64,000 nt of DNA, from contig OZ336889.1 in NCBI GenBank assembly GCA_965287045.1, positions 33,976,001 through 34,040,000 on the forward strand. Direction: 5' to 3'. The notes under the pieces were generated by a model. It made no database searches, was not told the DNA's origin, and saw nothing but the letters and a program-made list of their open reading frames with translations. A program made the position numbers and the translations under genes. Positions 52,191 through 64,000 of the stretch are shown one piece after another. Origin of the DNA: Carcharhinus amblyrhynchos (lineage: Eukaryota). The first letter of the stretch is position 1. Each line of letters begins with the position of its first letter.

Positions 52191-52398
52191 TGTTATGTAT
52201 GCTGTCTGAAATTGAGACTAATAAGACACCATGGACACAGTGATAGTAAATTAACTGGAACAGTTTATTAACAAGTCTTAATCCTAGCATAATCACCACA
52301 AGACTGACCAGGCAAGCTCCACCAGGGAGGAGCTTAAGCTCTAGGTCACCTGACCCATTCTCTTAAAGGGGCATGCCCCCAACATACTGTTCTATAAC
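52191..52398 (-). mobile_element. Possible short solo LTR
   Basis: Starts TGTTATG and ends CTATAAC (inverted termini), with internal minus-strand AATAAA (~52264); flanks CTCTT / TCCTT loosely resemble a TSD. Confidence 0.4.
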
Positions 52399-53814
52399 TC
52401 CTTGTCATTCTATAAAATATTCAGATATCAAGTCAAGAAAGTTTTAGATAATCAAAGAATTGAAAGATTATACTCCTAGCAAATGTTAGATTTTCATTTA
52501 CAAGAGGGAGTCTAACTTATGCCAAGGGAGTTCCGAGCCATTAGAAGGAGTATTCAATGTATGTCATCTCCCTTCCTGAAAAAGCTGGTTATTTTGAAAT
52601 GTGTATGTTGGATCCTGAATGTTGGGATATGGAGTCAATAAAGTCAACTGTTTCTTTTCCTTGTTGTGAATTCACTTACAGAACTCATTAATTTGAAACG
52701 AGTGTTCATGTTCACATCTGTTGTAATCATTCAGGACAGATATTATGATTAAATGAAAATGTTTTGAGTTGGAAGAGAGTAGGGACTGATGCACAAATGT
52801 TCTGTTAGTGTATTGGGGATATATTATTTAACTTCTTTTCCACATTTTTTGGATTCGGCATTTGGGTCTGTCATTTTTCCTCCTCAATGCATTGTGTGAG
52901 CCAGCTGCAAAGAGACAGATGGTCGTCGGAATGAAGCTGATTTGTAGATTTCCTTCAAAAATTATGCTTTTAAGTACAAGTTCATTCTGCCAACCTCCTT
53001 TTCCATTGCAGGCCCACTTCATTTATCATCTCACTTCTATCACCTTCACTCATTCCACAGCACCCTGCTCAATAAATCACTTTAAGTCTTGCTCCTCCTT
53101 CTGATTGCAGTCTCTTCTAGCCCAGTGACCCAGATTCCTTCCAATTGAAATATCCATTTGGGCGGGAGTGGGGGTGGCCATGGTTTGTATCTTGATTGAC
53201 AGAACTTGGAAAGAGGTTTTTAAGAAATCTTCCAGAGATGTATTCATTTTTAAGACCTTTTTGAAAATCAATGAGTAAGTCACATTTCCTTTATCCATTT
53301 CCAAAGATGAAACTTGTTCTGCTCATATGTCAGTTATAGATGTGGTTTTATGTAACATGGAAAACAACTGTTTATCTTTACTCTCCATCTTTCTTAGTGT
53401 GGACATTTTATGGGAAAAGCTAAGAAAAAGTAGAAGCAATGGAAGAATTTTTTAAAAAGCCTGGTGAAGAACCCCTCAGTAGTAATGTGGTAAGTAATTT
53501 TCAGATTCACCACTGATTTTTGAGACTAACTTTTTCGTCCAAAAATCACAGGGTTGATTCTTACATGGTAATATGTTCAAAGGCTTTGACATACTTGCTT
53601 GATTTGTTTATTTTGTAACGTTATAAATGAGATATATTTCATCCACATTAATTATCTAATATTTATTAATTCCATAATGTTACAAATTGTATACATTTTG
53701 GTCAACACAATATGAATGTATGATGAAGTAACTACATCACCTCACTTTGAAATCTTTCAATATTGGAATCAAGTTTTTTCCACGCTACCATGAAATTTTC
53801 CAATAATCATGGAA

Positions 53815-54153
53815 ACATAGAATCCCTACAGTGCAAAAGGAGGCCATTCAGCCCATTGAATCTGCACTGATCACAATCCTATCCAAGCCTTATCTCCATA
53901 ACCCCACATGTTTACCCCATTAATCCCTATAAACTATGCATTGTGGGACACTAAGGAGAAATTTAGCATGGCCAATGCACCTAATCCAAACATCTTTGGA
54001 TTGTGGGAGGAAACCAGAGTACCCAGAAGAAACACACACAAACACAGGGAGAACATGCAGACTCCATACAGAGAGGGACCCGAGTTGGGAATTAAACCCA
54101 GGTCCCTGAAGCTATGAGGCAGTAGTGCTAACCATCGTGCCACTGTGCCGGCC
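53815..54153 (-). mobile_element. HE1-like SINE
   Basis: Full-length reverse copy. Confidence 0.85.
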
Positions 54154-54394
54154 CAGACTGAGACCAAGTTTAATTCACGTGTCTCCATTAGAGTTGCTAG
54201 TGAGGATGCCTACATATTTCCACTCTTAGAGATGTTTTTTGCCTTTCAATTTGCAACACACAATCATTCCATATTTTTCAGATATAGTCCTGAAGGGATT
54301 TTCTCATGCACACATTTTTACCAGTACTTATTTTAATTGGTATTTACACATTTATGATTAAATCAGATCATTAACTTCTCCAGTATTTTAGTTT

Positions 54395-54520
54395 GGTGGG
54401 GATTTTATGACCTCACTTGTGACGAAACTGTAAAATCCTGCCTGAGGTCAACTGATCTTTGCATTATCTGCCTCTCATGACTCTGATTCCCATGGCGGGT
54501 GGGGTGGTAAAATTACGGCC
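54395..54520. mobile_element. ~120-bp MITE-like element, copy 1
   Basis: Homologous to 58463-58582 and 59478-59590; ends GGGATTTTAT...GTAAAATTACGGCC. Confidence 0.6.
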
Positions 54521-55296
54521 TTTGTTTCTAAAATTTTCAAACTTTTGCCCCTGAAAACCAAGTGTTGAATTTTGCATGACATATATGAAATATTACAGTC
54601 AAAAATTTTTGCTCCCCCCACTTCACTCCTGGTGGTTTCTGGGGTAAGTGGGGAAGTGGGGAGGGTGGGGGGTGGGTGGAACGTGAAATTGCATGGATTA
54701 ATTTCTCTTCAGGTTCACTTCCACTCAATTACACAGTGACTTTACACTGGAGTGGGCTAGACCTCAGATGGGAAGCCCCCATTTCCCAATTGGGGTCCTG
54801 AAGTTGCTAAATAATGTCTGGTTAAAGGCCATTTCCTAGATGAAAGCTCAGGATTGTAAGTGGGAGGGGGTGTGGGGAGCGGGTACTTCCATCAGATGCC
54901 CCTTCTGACTGGTGATGCCCTCCCCTTAAAGCTTAGTGACCTCTGGACCTCCTTCTCACCCTGGCCTATCCCCTAAGATGCCCCAGAGAAATTTCTATAA
55001 ACTAAAGCAAAGATTAAATTGATTTGCATCTCCCCTTCTTAATGCAATGTCTCAACAGTAGTTCTCAATGTTGCCAAAAAGATTTTAATTAAGTAAGCAT
55101 AATTACCTTCAGACTTTTATTCAGGACTGCCTCCCAAATTTGAAGAGTGCCTCTAGAATTTGTTGCTGTTTAAAGGGCAATGGTTATTTTAGATTATAAA
55201 GATAAACTACATTTAAAAAATGAAGTTGATGTCATCATTTAGAATATGTTACAAGACTGCTACCAGACATTTATATTGTTATTCTCAACCAAATCA

Positions 55297-55585
55297 GGGC
55301 AGCATACTGGCACACTGATTAGCATTGCTGCCTCTCAGCGCCAGGCACCCACGTTCGATTCCCACCTGGTGTCACTGTCTGTGTGGAGTTTGCACATTCT
55401 CCTGTGTCTGTGTGGGCCTGGAGTACCTATGGGTGCTCCAGTTTCCTCCCACAGTTCGAAAGATGTGCTGGTTAGGTGGAGTGGCTATGCTAAATTCTCC
55501 CTCAGTGTACCCGAACAGATGCCAGAATGTGGCGACTGAGGGATTTTTACAGTAGCTTCATTGCAGTGTTATTGTGACACTTAAA
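55297..55585 (+). mobile_element. SINE, same subtype as 84-364
   Basis: GGGCAGCA head, GTTCGATTCCC B box, tail CCCGAACAGATGCCAGAATGTGGCGACT...CTTCATTGCAGTGTTA. Confidence 0.8.
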
Positions 55586-56894
55586 CTTAAACGACTGCTA
55601 CAGTTTTATCTCCGGTCTTCCACAAGTTGGCGAATCCATCCTGTATGGTGGTAGAAATATTAATATGGACTACATCGGGAGCGATTTTAAATGAACTCAA
55701 CTGCCATGCAAGTAACAAGTTGCTATGCACCATTAATTTTATATCCAACACAGGTTTACTCCCATTGAAATGTACAGGGGACAATAGTGGATGGGGTGTA
55801 AAATCTTGGTGGATTATCAATCCATCACATTCCGGATACAGTATTCCATGGCTGTCAGTATCTTTTTATTTCTTTGCTTCCTGGTTGCTCAAATAATTTT
55901 GTTTGCTTAAAATTCCAAGTCCTGGTGAAGAAAACCAGCTGGGACTTCCAGCTAGTCACTAATCCTTGCCAACTGCAACATTGTGCATCTGTGGATTTTG
56001 GGCAGGTGGGATCAGGTTCAGTTCCAGTGCCGCGAGGTAAATGAGCTCTGCTCACAGTCACTGGCTTTGAATGTAAGGCCATTTAAGTGAAGTGCTCAAC
56101 ATTTGTCAATGCCAGTGAATTCTCGTCTCAGCATGAACTTCAGAGGAGAAAACTGGGCAAAACTTGGGAATTATACTCCAAAAAAGTGCTCAATAAATTT
56201 GTGAAATTTGTAATTAAAGCAGCTAAGCAATGTTCTGTCAGTTTAGCACGTGTTGTTGACCTGTCAAGATGCAAAACCAATTTTCATACATATTTTGCAG
56301 CAGAACTATAGGACAAATTTTGAATCATAAATTGCTGCACTCCATAATTAACCTACTTTCGTTAAACCTCAACACTTCTCAAATTTGAAGAAAGATTTTA
56401 AAATCATGTGGAATAAATCAATTTAAATTTGTGTGCAAGTTAACACTTGTAACATTTTCTTCTGCACTTTACATGACTAAGGGGTAACATAACCACAAAC
56501 CAATACTTCTGTGTTGTCATTTCAGCTACACTAATTATTGCAATTTAAATGTTGTTCAGAGAGGGAAGTATATAAAAAACATTTGTAAAAACACTGCAGT
56601 GGTTGAAACTTTAAAACATTAATAGATTGCTATTTTCTATTCTACCTTGCAACAAAATTGCCCAAAATGATCTTGGGAGTACAACATTTCACTTTTGGAA
56701 ATGTAAACTGGAAAGGTATATATGTGGCATGTTGTTTTACAGTGAGGTGCACAATACAGGGTGCAAAATACAATGACTCCCAAAGGGTTCAAAGATTTTT
56801 TTTAATTGCTTGATTCAAAATTGTATGGATTTGTGCCAAACCAGTTCCCAGGCCTCTTTTTTTTTCAGATTATTCACAAAGTAAGAAGCACATA

Positions 56895-58060
56895 AGTGGA
56901 ATTCTCTTGAAAGAATTTGAAGTGTTGAATTCGCAGGAAAACTGGAGTAATTCATGCTGTTTTTTTCAGTGGAATTTTACACTGGAATCCTCCTCACTCT
57001 GTCAAATCAGAGGCCACCAACATAAATATCATTAGATTTCAGGGTGTGGGCCAATTCATGCCCGGGAGGCTGAAACCAGCAGGCATCTGCACATATGCTC
57101 CCATTTGCTGGCAGCTCGATCATAGACCAGTCCAGGACCCCTGTAGTGCTCACCACCCCACCTCCCCCAACAACCTCCCCACAGCCCGATCTTGGACTGC
57201 CCCCGCCGACTGTTCCTGGGCCCAGTAAACTTGATGGGCTGGATGGTCTCTTTCTGCACAGTAGGGGTTCTATGGATTCAATGGCAATAGGAAATATTTG
57301 ATAGAAAAATACTAAGCTAACTCCTAGATAAGTACAGAATTGAAATTCCACCACCCCAAATCACTCACACTGACATCACAGATTTTCCCTCAACCTCACA
57401 GCTACTGCTCTGTCACCCTCCCCCCCCCAACCCCCCCAACCCCCCCCAACCCCCCCCCCAACCTCCTCCTCCTCCCCCCCCCCCCCCCCCCGACACTGTG
57501 TTGCAAGGTTTTGTTCAGTAGGTCTCATTAAGAGGTTCAAAGGCGTATAATGGTGAGCAGTCATGTTACTGTTGCAGGGAACTATTTACATAGGCATGAA
57601 GTGTTCCCAGACTATGAGCTATCTCGATGCTTACTTCTACACAGGCCTCTGCATGCTCTTAGACTGACCCAGGTCTCTTGTCATGTGCCCTTTACATCAC
57701 TCTGTGGACAGTACTGTTCTCCAGTCCCTCATCACCCCTTGCTATGTCATATAACCTTCAAAATACAACCCTCACGATACAACCCACTACCCCTGCCCCA
57801 CCTAGTAACCTCACCCACCTGCTACCCTCACGCTCTCACCTGCACACTTACCCACCAATGATCTCACCCACCTATCCACCCTTTCACCTTACCCATTCAC
57901 TCATCCATCCACTCACCCATTCTTCCATCAACTAACACTCATCCATCACCCATGCACATTGAATAGTTAAATTTAGCTTACGACAGGGGGCATGTCTTCA
58001 GAACTGATTCTTTTTGCTCACCTCTGTGTCATTTCCTGCATTTAGGGAGTTCTTCTGCAT
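56895..58060. repeat. Degraded repeat with poly-C tracts and CACTCACCC-type low-complexity interior
   Basis: C-runs 57418-57491, degenerate CACCCA/CTCACC repeats 57780-57950; family and boundaries uncertain. Confidence 0.4.
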
Positions 58061-58062
58061 TA

Positions 58063-58380
58063 TGGACAGCATGGTGGCACAGTGGTTAACACTGCTGCCT
58101 CACAGCGCCAGGAATTTGGGTTTGATTCTGGCCTTGCATGATTGCAAGGAGTTTGCACATTCTCCTTGGTCTCCTCCCACAGTCCGAAGATATACAGTTG
58201 AAGTGGATTGGCTATGCTAAATTGCCCCTTGGTGTCCCAAGCTGTATTGGTTAGGTGATTTAGTCATGGTGAATGCTTGGAGTTACAGGATACGGAGAGC
58301 GGGTTGTGGGGTGGCAGCTAGTTATAAAGCTCTTTCGAAGAGTCAGTGTAGATTTTGCTGTTTGAGGATTCTATGACTCT
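58063..58380 (+). mobile_element. HE1-like SINE (diverged)
   Basis: GGACAGCATGGTGGCACAGTGGTTA head and GGATTCTATGA tail. Confidence 0.8.
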
Positions 58381-58462
58381 ATTGTGGATCAGAAGCTGAC
58401 ATTTTTAAACATATCCAGGTAAGTGAGTAGTTTTCTATCTGTTCAGTATTGGACCCTGGACA

Positions 58463-58582
58463 AGCATTTATGGCCTCACTTGAGCGAGACCGGAAATTCC
58501 TGCCTGAGATCAATGGACATTTCCATTGTCCGCCCCTCGTCTGCTCCAATTCTGTGGCAGACGAGGCGGTAGAATTCTGGCG
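58463..58582. mobile_element. ~120-bp MITE-like element, copy 2
   Basis: GCATTTATGGCCTCACTTGAGCGAGACCGGAAATTCCTGCCTGAG...GGCGGTAGAATTCTGGC. Confidence 0.6.
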
Positions 58583-58728
58583 AGTGTTCTGACACTGATT
58601 GGAAGATTTGGGCCATGAACTCAAAGTTCTTTTGATTGGGTACTATAAGAAACTGATGCCTTTTGTACTGAATGAGTTGTTGCATTGTCAGACCTGAATG
58701 CCATTCTGACAATTCAGTTATCCTCCTT

Positions 58729-59399
58729 AAGAACATAAGAACATAAGAAATAGGAGCAGGAGTAGGCCATCTAGCCCTTTGAGCCTGCCCCGCCATTCAA
58801 TAAGATCATGGCTGATCTGTCGCTGCTCAGTTCCACTTTCCCGCCCTCTCCCCATAACCCTTAATCCCCTCTCTTATCAAAAACCCATCAACCCGCGTCT
58901 TAAAAATATTTAGCGAGGCAGCCTCCACCACTTCAACGGGCAGAGAATTCCAGAGATTCACCACCCTTTGAGTGAAGAAGTTCCTCCTCAACTCCGTTCT
59001 AAACCGCCCCCCTTTTATCTTGAGGCTGTGCCCCCTAGTCCTACTGTCTTTATTGAGCTGGAAGAGTCTCTCCACCTCTATCCTATCCATCCCATTCATT
59101 ATCTTATACGTCTCAATGAGATCTCCCCTCATTCTTCTAAACTCTAACGAGTACAAGCCCAGTTTATTCAGCCTCTCCTCATAGCTCAACCCCCTCAACT
59201 CCGGTATCAGCCTAGTAAACCTCCTCTGCACTCCCTCCAAGGCCAAAATATCTTTGCGCAGGTACGGCGCCCAAAACTGCACACAGTACTCCATCTGCGG
59301 CCTCACCAATGCCCTATACAGCTGCAGCAAGACCTCCCTACTTTTATATTCAATCCCCCTCGCTATGAAGGCCAGCATTCCCTTCGCCTTCCTGACCAC
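58729..59399 (-). mobile_element. Young 5'-truncated CR1 LINE with an uninterrupted ORF2 C-terminal segment
   Basis: ORF 58827-59411: LYRALVRPQMEYCVQFWAPYLRKDILALEGVQRRFTRLIP...RGDLIETYKI...TRGHSLK...FFTQRVVNLWNSLP, classic CR1 sequence; tail (TTCTTATG)n. Confidence 0.95.
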
Positions 59400-59477
59400 A
59401 AATGGCAGCAAGGTTGACCGATTTGACCAGACAGAAGAAAAATAGTCAGAGAAACTATTACTAATGCCTGAAAAATG

Positions 59478-59590
59478 GGTGGCATTTTACAGCCTCATTC
59501 AAACGAGAATGGAAATCTCTGCCTGAGTTCAAGACGTTCGCCCCTCACCCGCTTGGATTCTGTGGCGGGCGAGGTGATAGAATTCTGCCG
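59478..59590. mobile_element. ~120-bp MITE-like element, copy 3
   Basis: GGTGGCATTTTACAGCCTCA...GGCGGGCGAGGTGATAGAATTCTGCC. Confidence 0.6.
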
Positions 59591-59996
59591 CAAATATATC
59601 ATTGATCTAATGTCACAAGTGATGTGAGCCCATTTATTTGTTAACTTAGTTTCTAGCTGATGTGAGTCCACCTGGTGTCGTGGATTGTGGTCCAGAAAGC
59701 CTCTAATTTTTCTTTAGACTGTTGCCACCTCAACATTTTTCCTGCAAGGACATCCTGCTCCTGAGTGAAATTAGATCAGCCAAGCAATGCCACCAGTTTT
59801 GCTTTTGTTGAATTTGATTCACAGTGTACAGAAAATGAAAAGCAAAGCACGCCAGAAGAGTTCAGTACAAGCCTCACCTGTTTCACTCTTTACTTACAGT
59901 GCATTCACGTGTCAAATATAAAAGCAAAAAATGTGAGAGAAGAAGAATTAATTAAGTGGAAATCATAAAAACAATTCCGGTGGCAAAGAGGATTAG

Positions 59997-60328
59997 ATCA
60001 TAGAATAATAGAAACCCTACAGTGTAGAAGGTGGCCATTTGAATCTGCACCGACTCATATCCAGGCTAACCCTACAACCCCACGTATTTACCCTGCTAAT
60101 TTCCCTAACCTATACATCCTTGGGACACTAATGGATAATTTAGCATGTCCAATCCACCTAATCTGTCCATCCTTGGACTGTAGGTGGAAACTTTACTCTT
60201 TCAGAGGAAACTACAGCACCCAGGGGAAACCCATGCAGGTAAACTCCACACAGTCACCCGAGCCAGAATTGAACCCAGGTCCCTGGTGCTTTGAGATAGC
60301 AATGCTAACCATTGAGTGGCATGTTGGC
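59997..60328 (-). mobile_element. HE1-like SINE
   Basis: Reverse copy with ATCATAGAA tail. Confidence 0.8.
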
Positions 60329-60449
60329 ACAATCTGGAATGCCCACATATTTTTAACAATATCTTTTGAGAATGGGTTTGGGGAACTGTTCCTTCTTCTA
60401 AAAATTGATGCTTTGTTTGTTGCAAAGTAAGAGTGGTAGAATGCAGAGA

Positions 60450-60556
60450 GGACTCACCTGATGAAGGAACAGTGCTCCAAAAGCTCGCGGTTCCAAATAA
60501 GCCTGTTGGACTTCTTACTGTGCCCACACCAGTCCAATGATGGCATCTCCACATCA
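60450..60556 (+). mobile_element. Penelope-like terminal fragment with decayed hammerhead core
   Basis: CACCTGATGAAGGAACAGTGCTCCAAAAGCTCG...CCTGTTGGACT...CCAGTCCAA...CATCTCCACATC. Confidence 0.55.
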
Positions 60557-60699
60557 TTTTAATTTGTTGTACAATGGTGATATTATACATGTTTATTTGT
60601 TACATATGCCATTTGTATCCCCACACCAATTGTGTACATTCCCTAATACCTTTGCTCCTCTGATTGGAATGTAATATTGGGACAACTTGCATTACAAAC

Positions 60700-61440
60700 A
60701 TCTGAAATAGGAGCAGATGTAGCCTATTCAGCCCCTCGAGCGTACTCCACCATTCAGGGAGATTGTGGCTGACCTGTTTGTGTTTTGAATTCCACATTCC
60801 CATCCACCCCTTATAGCCTTTGATTCCCTTACCCAACAAGAATCTGTTTACCTCTGCTTTCAAAATATTTGATGACACAGCCTCCACCTGCTTCTGAGGC
60901 AGAGCATTCCAATGTCGCACAACCCACGGAGAGGAAACATTTTGCCTCATCTCTGTCCTAAAAGGGCAACCTCTAATTTTTAAAATAGTGCCCCGCCTAG
61001 TTGTGGGTCCCCAGGAGGAAATACCCTTTCCATATCCAACCTGTCAAGACCATTCAGGATTTATATACTTCATTCAAGTCACCCTTGGACTTCTAAACCC
61101 CTGCGGAAACAAAACAATTTCATACATTCGATCTTCATAAGACAACCTGCTCATTCTAGGTATCTATCTAGTAAACCTCCTCTGAACCACCTGCAACACA
61201 TTTACATCCTTCCTGAAAAAGGGAGACCAAAATAGCCCACAGTACTTGAGATGCAGTCTCATCAATGCCCTCTATAACTGAAGCATAATATCCTTGCTTT
61301 TATGTTCAATCCCTCTCATAATAAAGGATAGCATTCCATTAGCTGCCTTAATTACTTGCTATACAATTTTTTTTACTCGTACACTTGAACACCTAGATCC
61401 TTCTACATCTTAGAATTTTACAGTCTTTCTCCATTTCTAT
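60700..61440 (-). mobile_element. Degraded CR1 LINE 3' fragment
   Basis: VVRHWNALPQK.VEA.S.NI.KAEVNRFLLGKGIKGY plus CR1 tail; colinear with the 58.7-59.4 kb copy. Confidence 0.85.
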
Positions 61441-61610
61441 AATACTCTGTTTTTATGTTCTTCTTACCATTTTTCAAAAGAGTTGAAGCTACCTATGTCT
61501 CCAATTTCAGCCACAAAGAAAGAATATTCATGCAAAATACCCCAGCTGGACCAATCTCCTTTTTACCTTCATTCATTACATGTGACATTGGTATTTTCAC
61601 ATGTTTTCAC

Positions 61611-61950
61611 ATAGTGGCAAGTGATTAGCGTTGCTGTCTCACAACTCCAGGGAACTGGGTTTGATTCCCGGCTTGGGTCACTGTCTAGTCTATGTGGAGT
61701 CTACACATTCTCCCTATGTCCGTGCAGGTTTCCTCCAGGTGCTCCGGTTTCCTCCCACAGTTCAAAGGTGTGCATGTTCGGTTAACTGGCCATGCTAAAT
61801 TACCTCTTAGTGTCCTGGGGTGCATAGGTTAGAGGGATTAGCAAGGTAAATATGTAGGGTTACAGGAATAGGGCCTGGATGGGATTGTTGTTGGTGCAGA
61901 CTCGATGGGCTGAATGGCCTCCTTTTGCACTGTCGCATTTCTATGATTCA
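61611..61950 (+). mobile_element. HE1-like SINE
   Basis: Full-length forward copy. Confidence 0.85.
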
Positions 61951-62249
61951 AATGCTCAACACCAGATTGCAGTGCAGACAAATATTCAGCAAGAAAGGAT
62001 GCTATTCCCTAGATTGATAGAGCAAAGTTCAATTTGGTATTATACAGTCTCCCTATCCCATAGCATAAGCTATGTAGGTTAGATACAGCACTATGTATTG
62101 GATTGAGAATTTGCATGTTTTCTGAACAAACCAGTTCTCATCATCATGGGAAAAGATTATTATTGTTATTACTGTATATTGAGAGATGTTGTCCTTTCTT
62201 TACATTAATTTATTTTCCTTCATGTGTATTTTGTGGTTTCACTATCCAT

Positions 62250-62575
62250 GTCACAGAATTGCTGAATTATAATGGCGCAGGAGGTCATTTGGTCCATCAT
62301 GTCTGCATCAGCTCTCCAAATGAGCATTATGGCTTAGTGCCATTTCCCTGCCTTTTCCCCATATCCGTGCACATTGTTTCTATTCAAGTCATCACCCAAT
62401 GCCCTTTTAAATGGTTTGATTGACCCCGCCTCCACCACACTTCCAGGCAGAGCAGAACCACTCATTGTGTGAAAAAAGCTTTTTCTCACAGCACATTTGC
62501 TTCTTTTGCAAATCACTTTAAATCTGTACCCACTCATTCCTGACTTTTTTCTATCGGAAACAGTTTCTCTCTATA
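62250..62575 (-). mobile_element. CR1 LINE 3' fragment
   Basis: LPGSVVEAGSI..FKRAL...L.RNNV.GYGEKAGKWH. Confidence 0.75.
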
Positions 62576-63019
62576 TGCAGCTAGATTGGTTTACTGTACA
62601 TCGCATCTTGAGAGTGTGCGCCATTGAAATATAGCCTTTTCTGTGAGACTTGTATGCGTAAGTGATAAATGTGGAACAAATTGACAGGCAGTAACATTGT
62701 GCCATGAAACCTTGAACTATTGACAAGTATGTTGTCTTTTTTACAGGTTCGCCATCACAGACTGGTCAAGTGACCTGCTCCTCAGTTCCTGCAGTGTCAA
62801 AGAGTTACTAACTGCTGAGAAAAATACAGGAGCAACTTGGCTTGACTTGGTAACATCTTGGGAAAGCACGTCTACTTAAATAAAACAGCAAAGTGTTTTG
62901 CCACCTTAAAAGATGGTGACAAACAATAATAATACAATTTAATTTATGTCTGGAGGTGTTTGCGTGAGGAGAGTTTCCAGTTGATATCACAAACTCTGAT
63001 TTGGTTTACATATCTTAAG

Positions 63020-63350
63020 ATTTGATTTAATTTAATTTATTATTGTCACATACAGTGAAAACTATTGTTCTTTGTGCGCTCTACAGCCAAAGCATACTGT
63101 ACATAGAGAAGGAAAGGAGGGGGCACAGAATGTAGATACAGTCATAGCTAGGGTTACTGAGATATGCTGGCTGCTTTCCCGAGGCAGCGGGAAGTGTAGA
63201 CAGAGTCAATGAATAGAAGACTGGTTTGCGTAATGGACTGGGCTTCATTCATTACGCTTTGTAGTTTCTTGCAGTCTTGGCCAGAGCAAGAGCCACACCA
63301 AGTTGTGATACAACCAGAAAGAATGCTTCCTATAGTGCATCTATAAAAGA
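63020..63350 (-). mobile_element. Second-family LINE 3' fragment with an internal deletion (same family as 412-838)
   Basis: Reverse complement shares CCAAGACTGCAAGAAACTAC, CCAGTCCAT...CAAACCAG and the TGTGACAATAATAAA tail. Confidence 0.7.
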
Positions 63351-64000
63351 GTTTATCAGAATTTCATTAGTAAATACATTGGTAATGACACCAGGCAGTG
63401 TGGATTCACAATGCTATTATAAATATTACATAAACTGAATAAGCTCATACCACTATAATTCATGATGACAATGTCTAGTTTTCAGGTCTCCTTTGCCCCT
63501 GAATTATTACCAGAGGAAACAATCATTTTTTGTTGGGAACTCTGCCAATGTCCTCTTGGTTAAATCTTAATCAATCCCTGTGCAATTTTCAAATAAATTC
63601 TTTAAATGCACGTTTTAATATAGCAGTGATGGAAAAGTGATTGACATAGTACTTTGGAACAATCTATCTTATCACCCCCTTGGCCTATCATTTGAGCTAC
63701 AAGGAGAAGAGATGAAATACTTCCCACTTGTGTTTATGAAATGCCAGGAGAGGAACCACTCAGCAGAACAAACCCCCTTTATTTGAGACAATGTTGTTCC
63801 TCAGGCTGGATAGCATGAAATTTAGAATTGTGCTGGTGTCTTGGCAGTGACCTTTTTCTTGGCGTTGAGGTAATTCTTCAGTGGATTTGAGAAACCCAAC
63901 CTGGGAGAATTTGTGTTGAATTTAATGCTAATGTAATTTTTTTTTACAGTAAAAGTTTCCCATCCCTATCATTGACTGTCCATAGTGGGAGCAAATGTCT

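Overview
Vertebrate genomic DNA, almost certainly from a shark (inferred from HE1/V-SINE-like SINEs and CR1-type LINEs). The only protein-coding gene is a complete tbx3 on the minus strand: 7 coding exons from 13384 down to 5454, 2166 nt, 721 aa, all GT-AG junctions in phase. It has a CCAAT/GC-box promoter near 13.65-13.71 kb and a 3'UTR reaching polyA signals near 4.66-4.76 kb. The remaining ~50 kb is upstream gene desert. About 0.9-43 kb looks CpG-retaining and poor in transposons; beyond ~43 kb the sequence is CpG-depleted and rich in SINEs, CR1 and other LINE fragments, Penelope-like palindromes and small MITEs, with enhancer-like islands between them. Most notable: (1) a ~25-bp-period degenerate tandem array just beyond the proximal polyA site carries eight perfect miR-200-family 8mer sites in the tbx3 sense direction; (2) three Pumilio elements cluster in the 3'UTR; (3) convergent CTCF-like motifs bracket the gene; (4) a candidate spliced divergent lncRNA exon; (5) a decayed Penelope-type hammerhead ribozyme. 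Repeat family names and regulatory calls were made by eye and need database confirmation.
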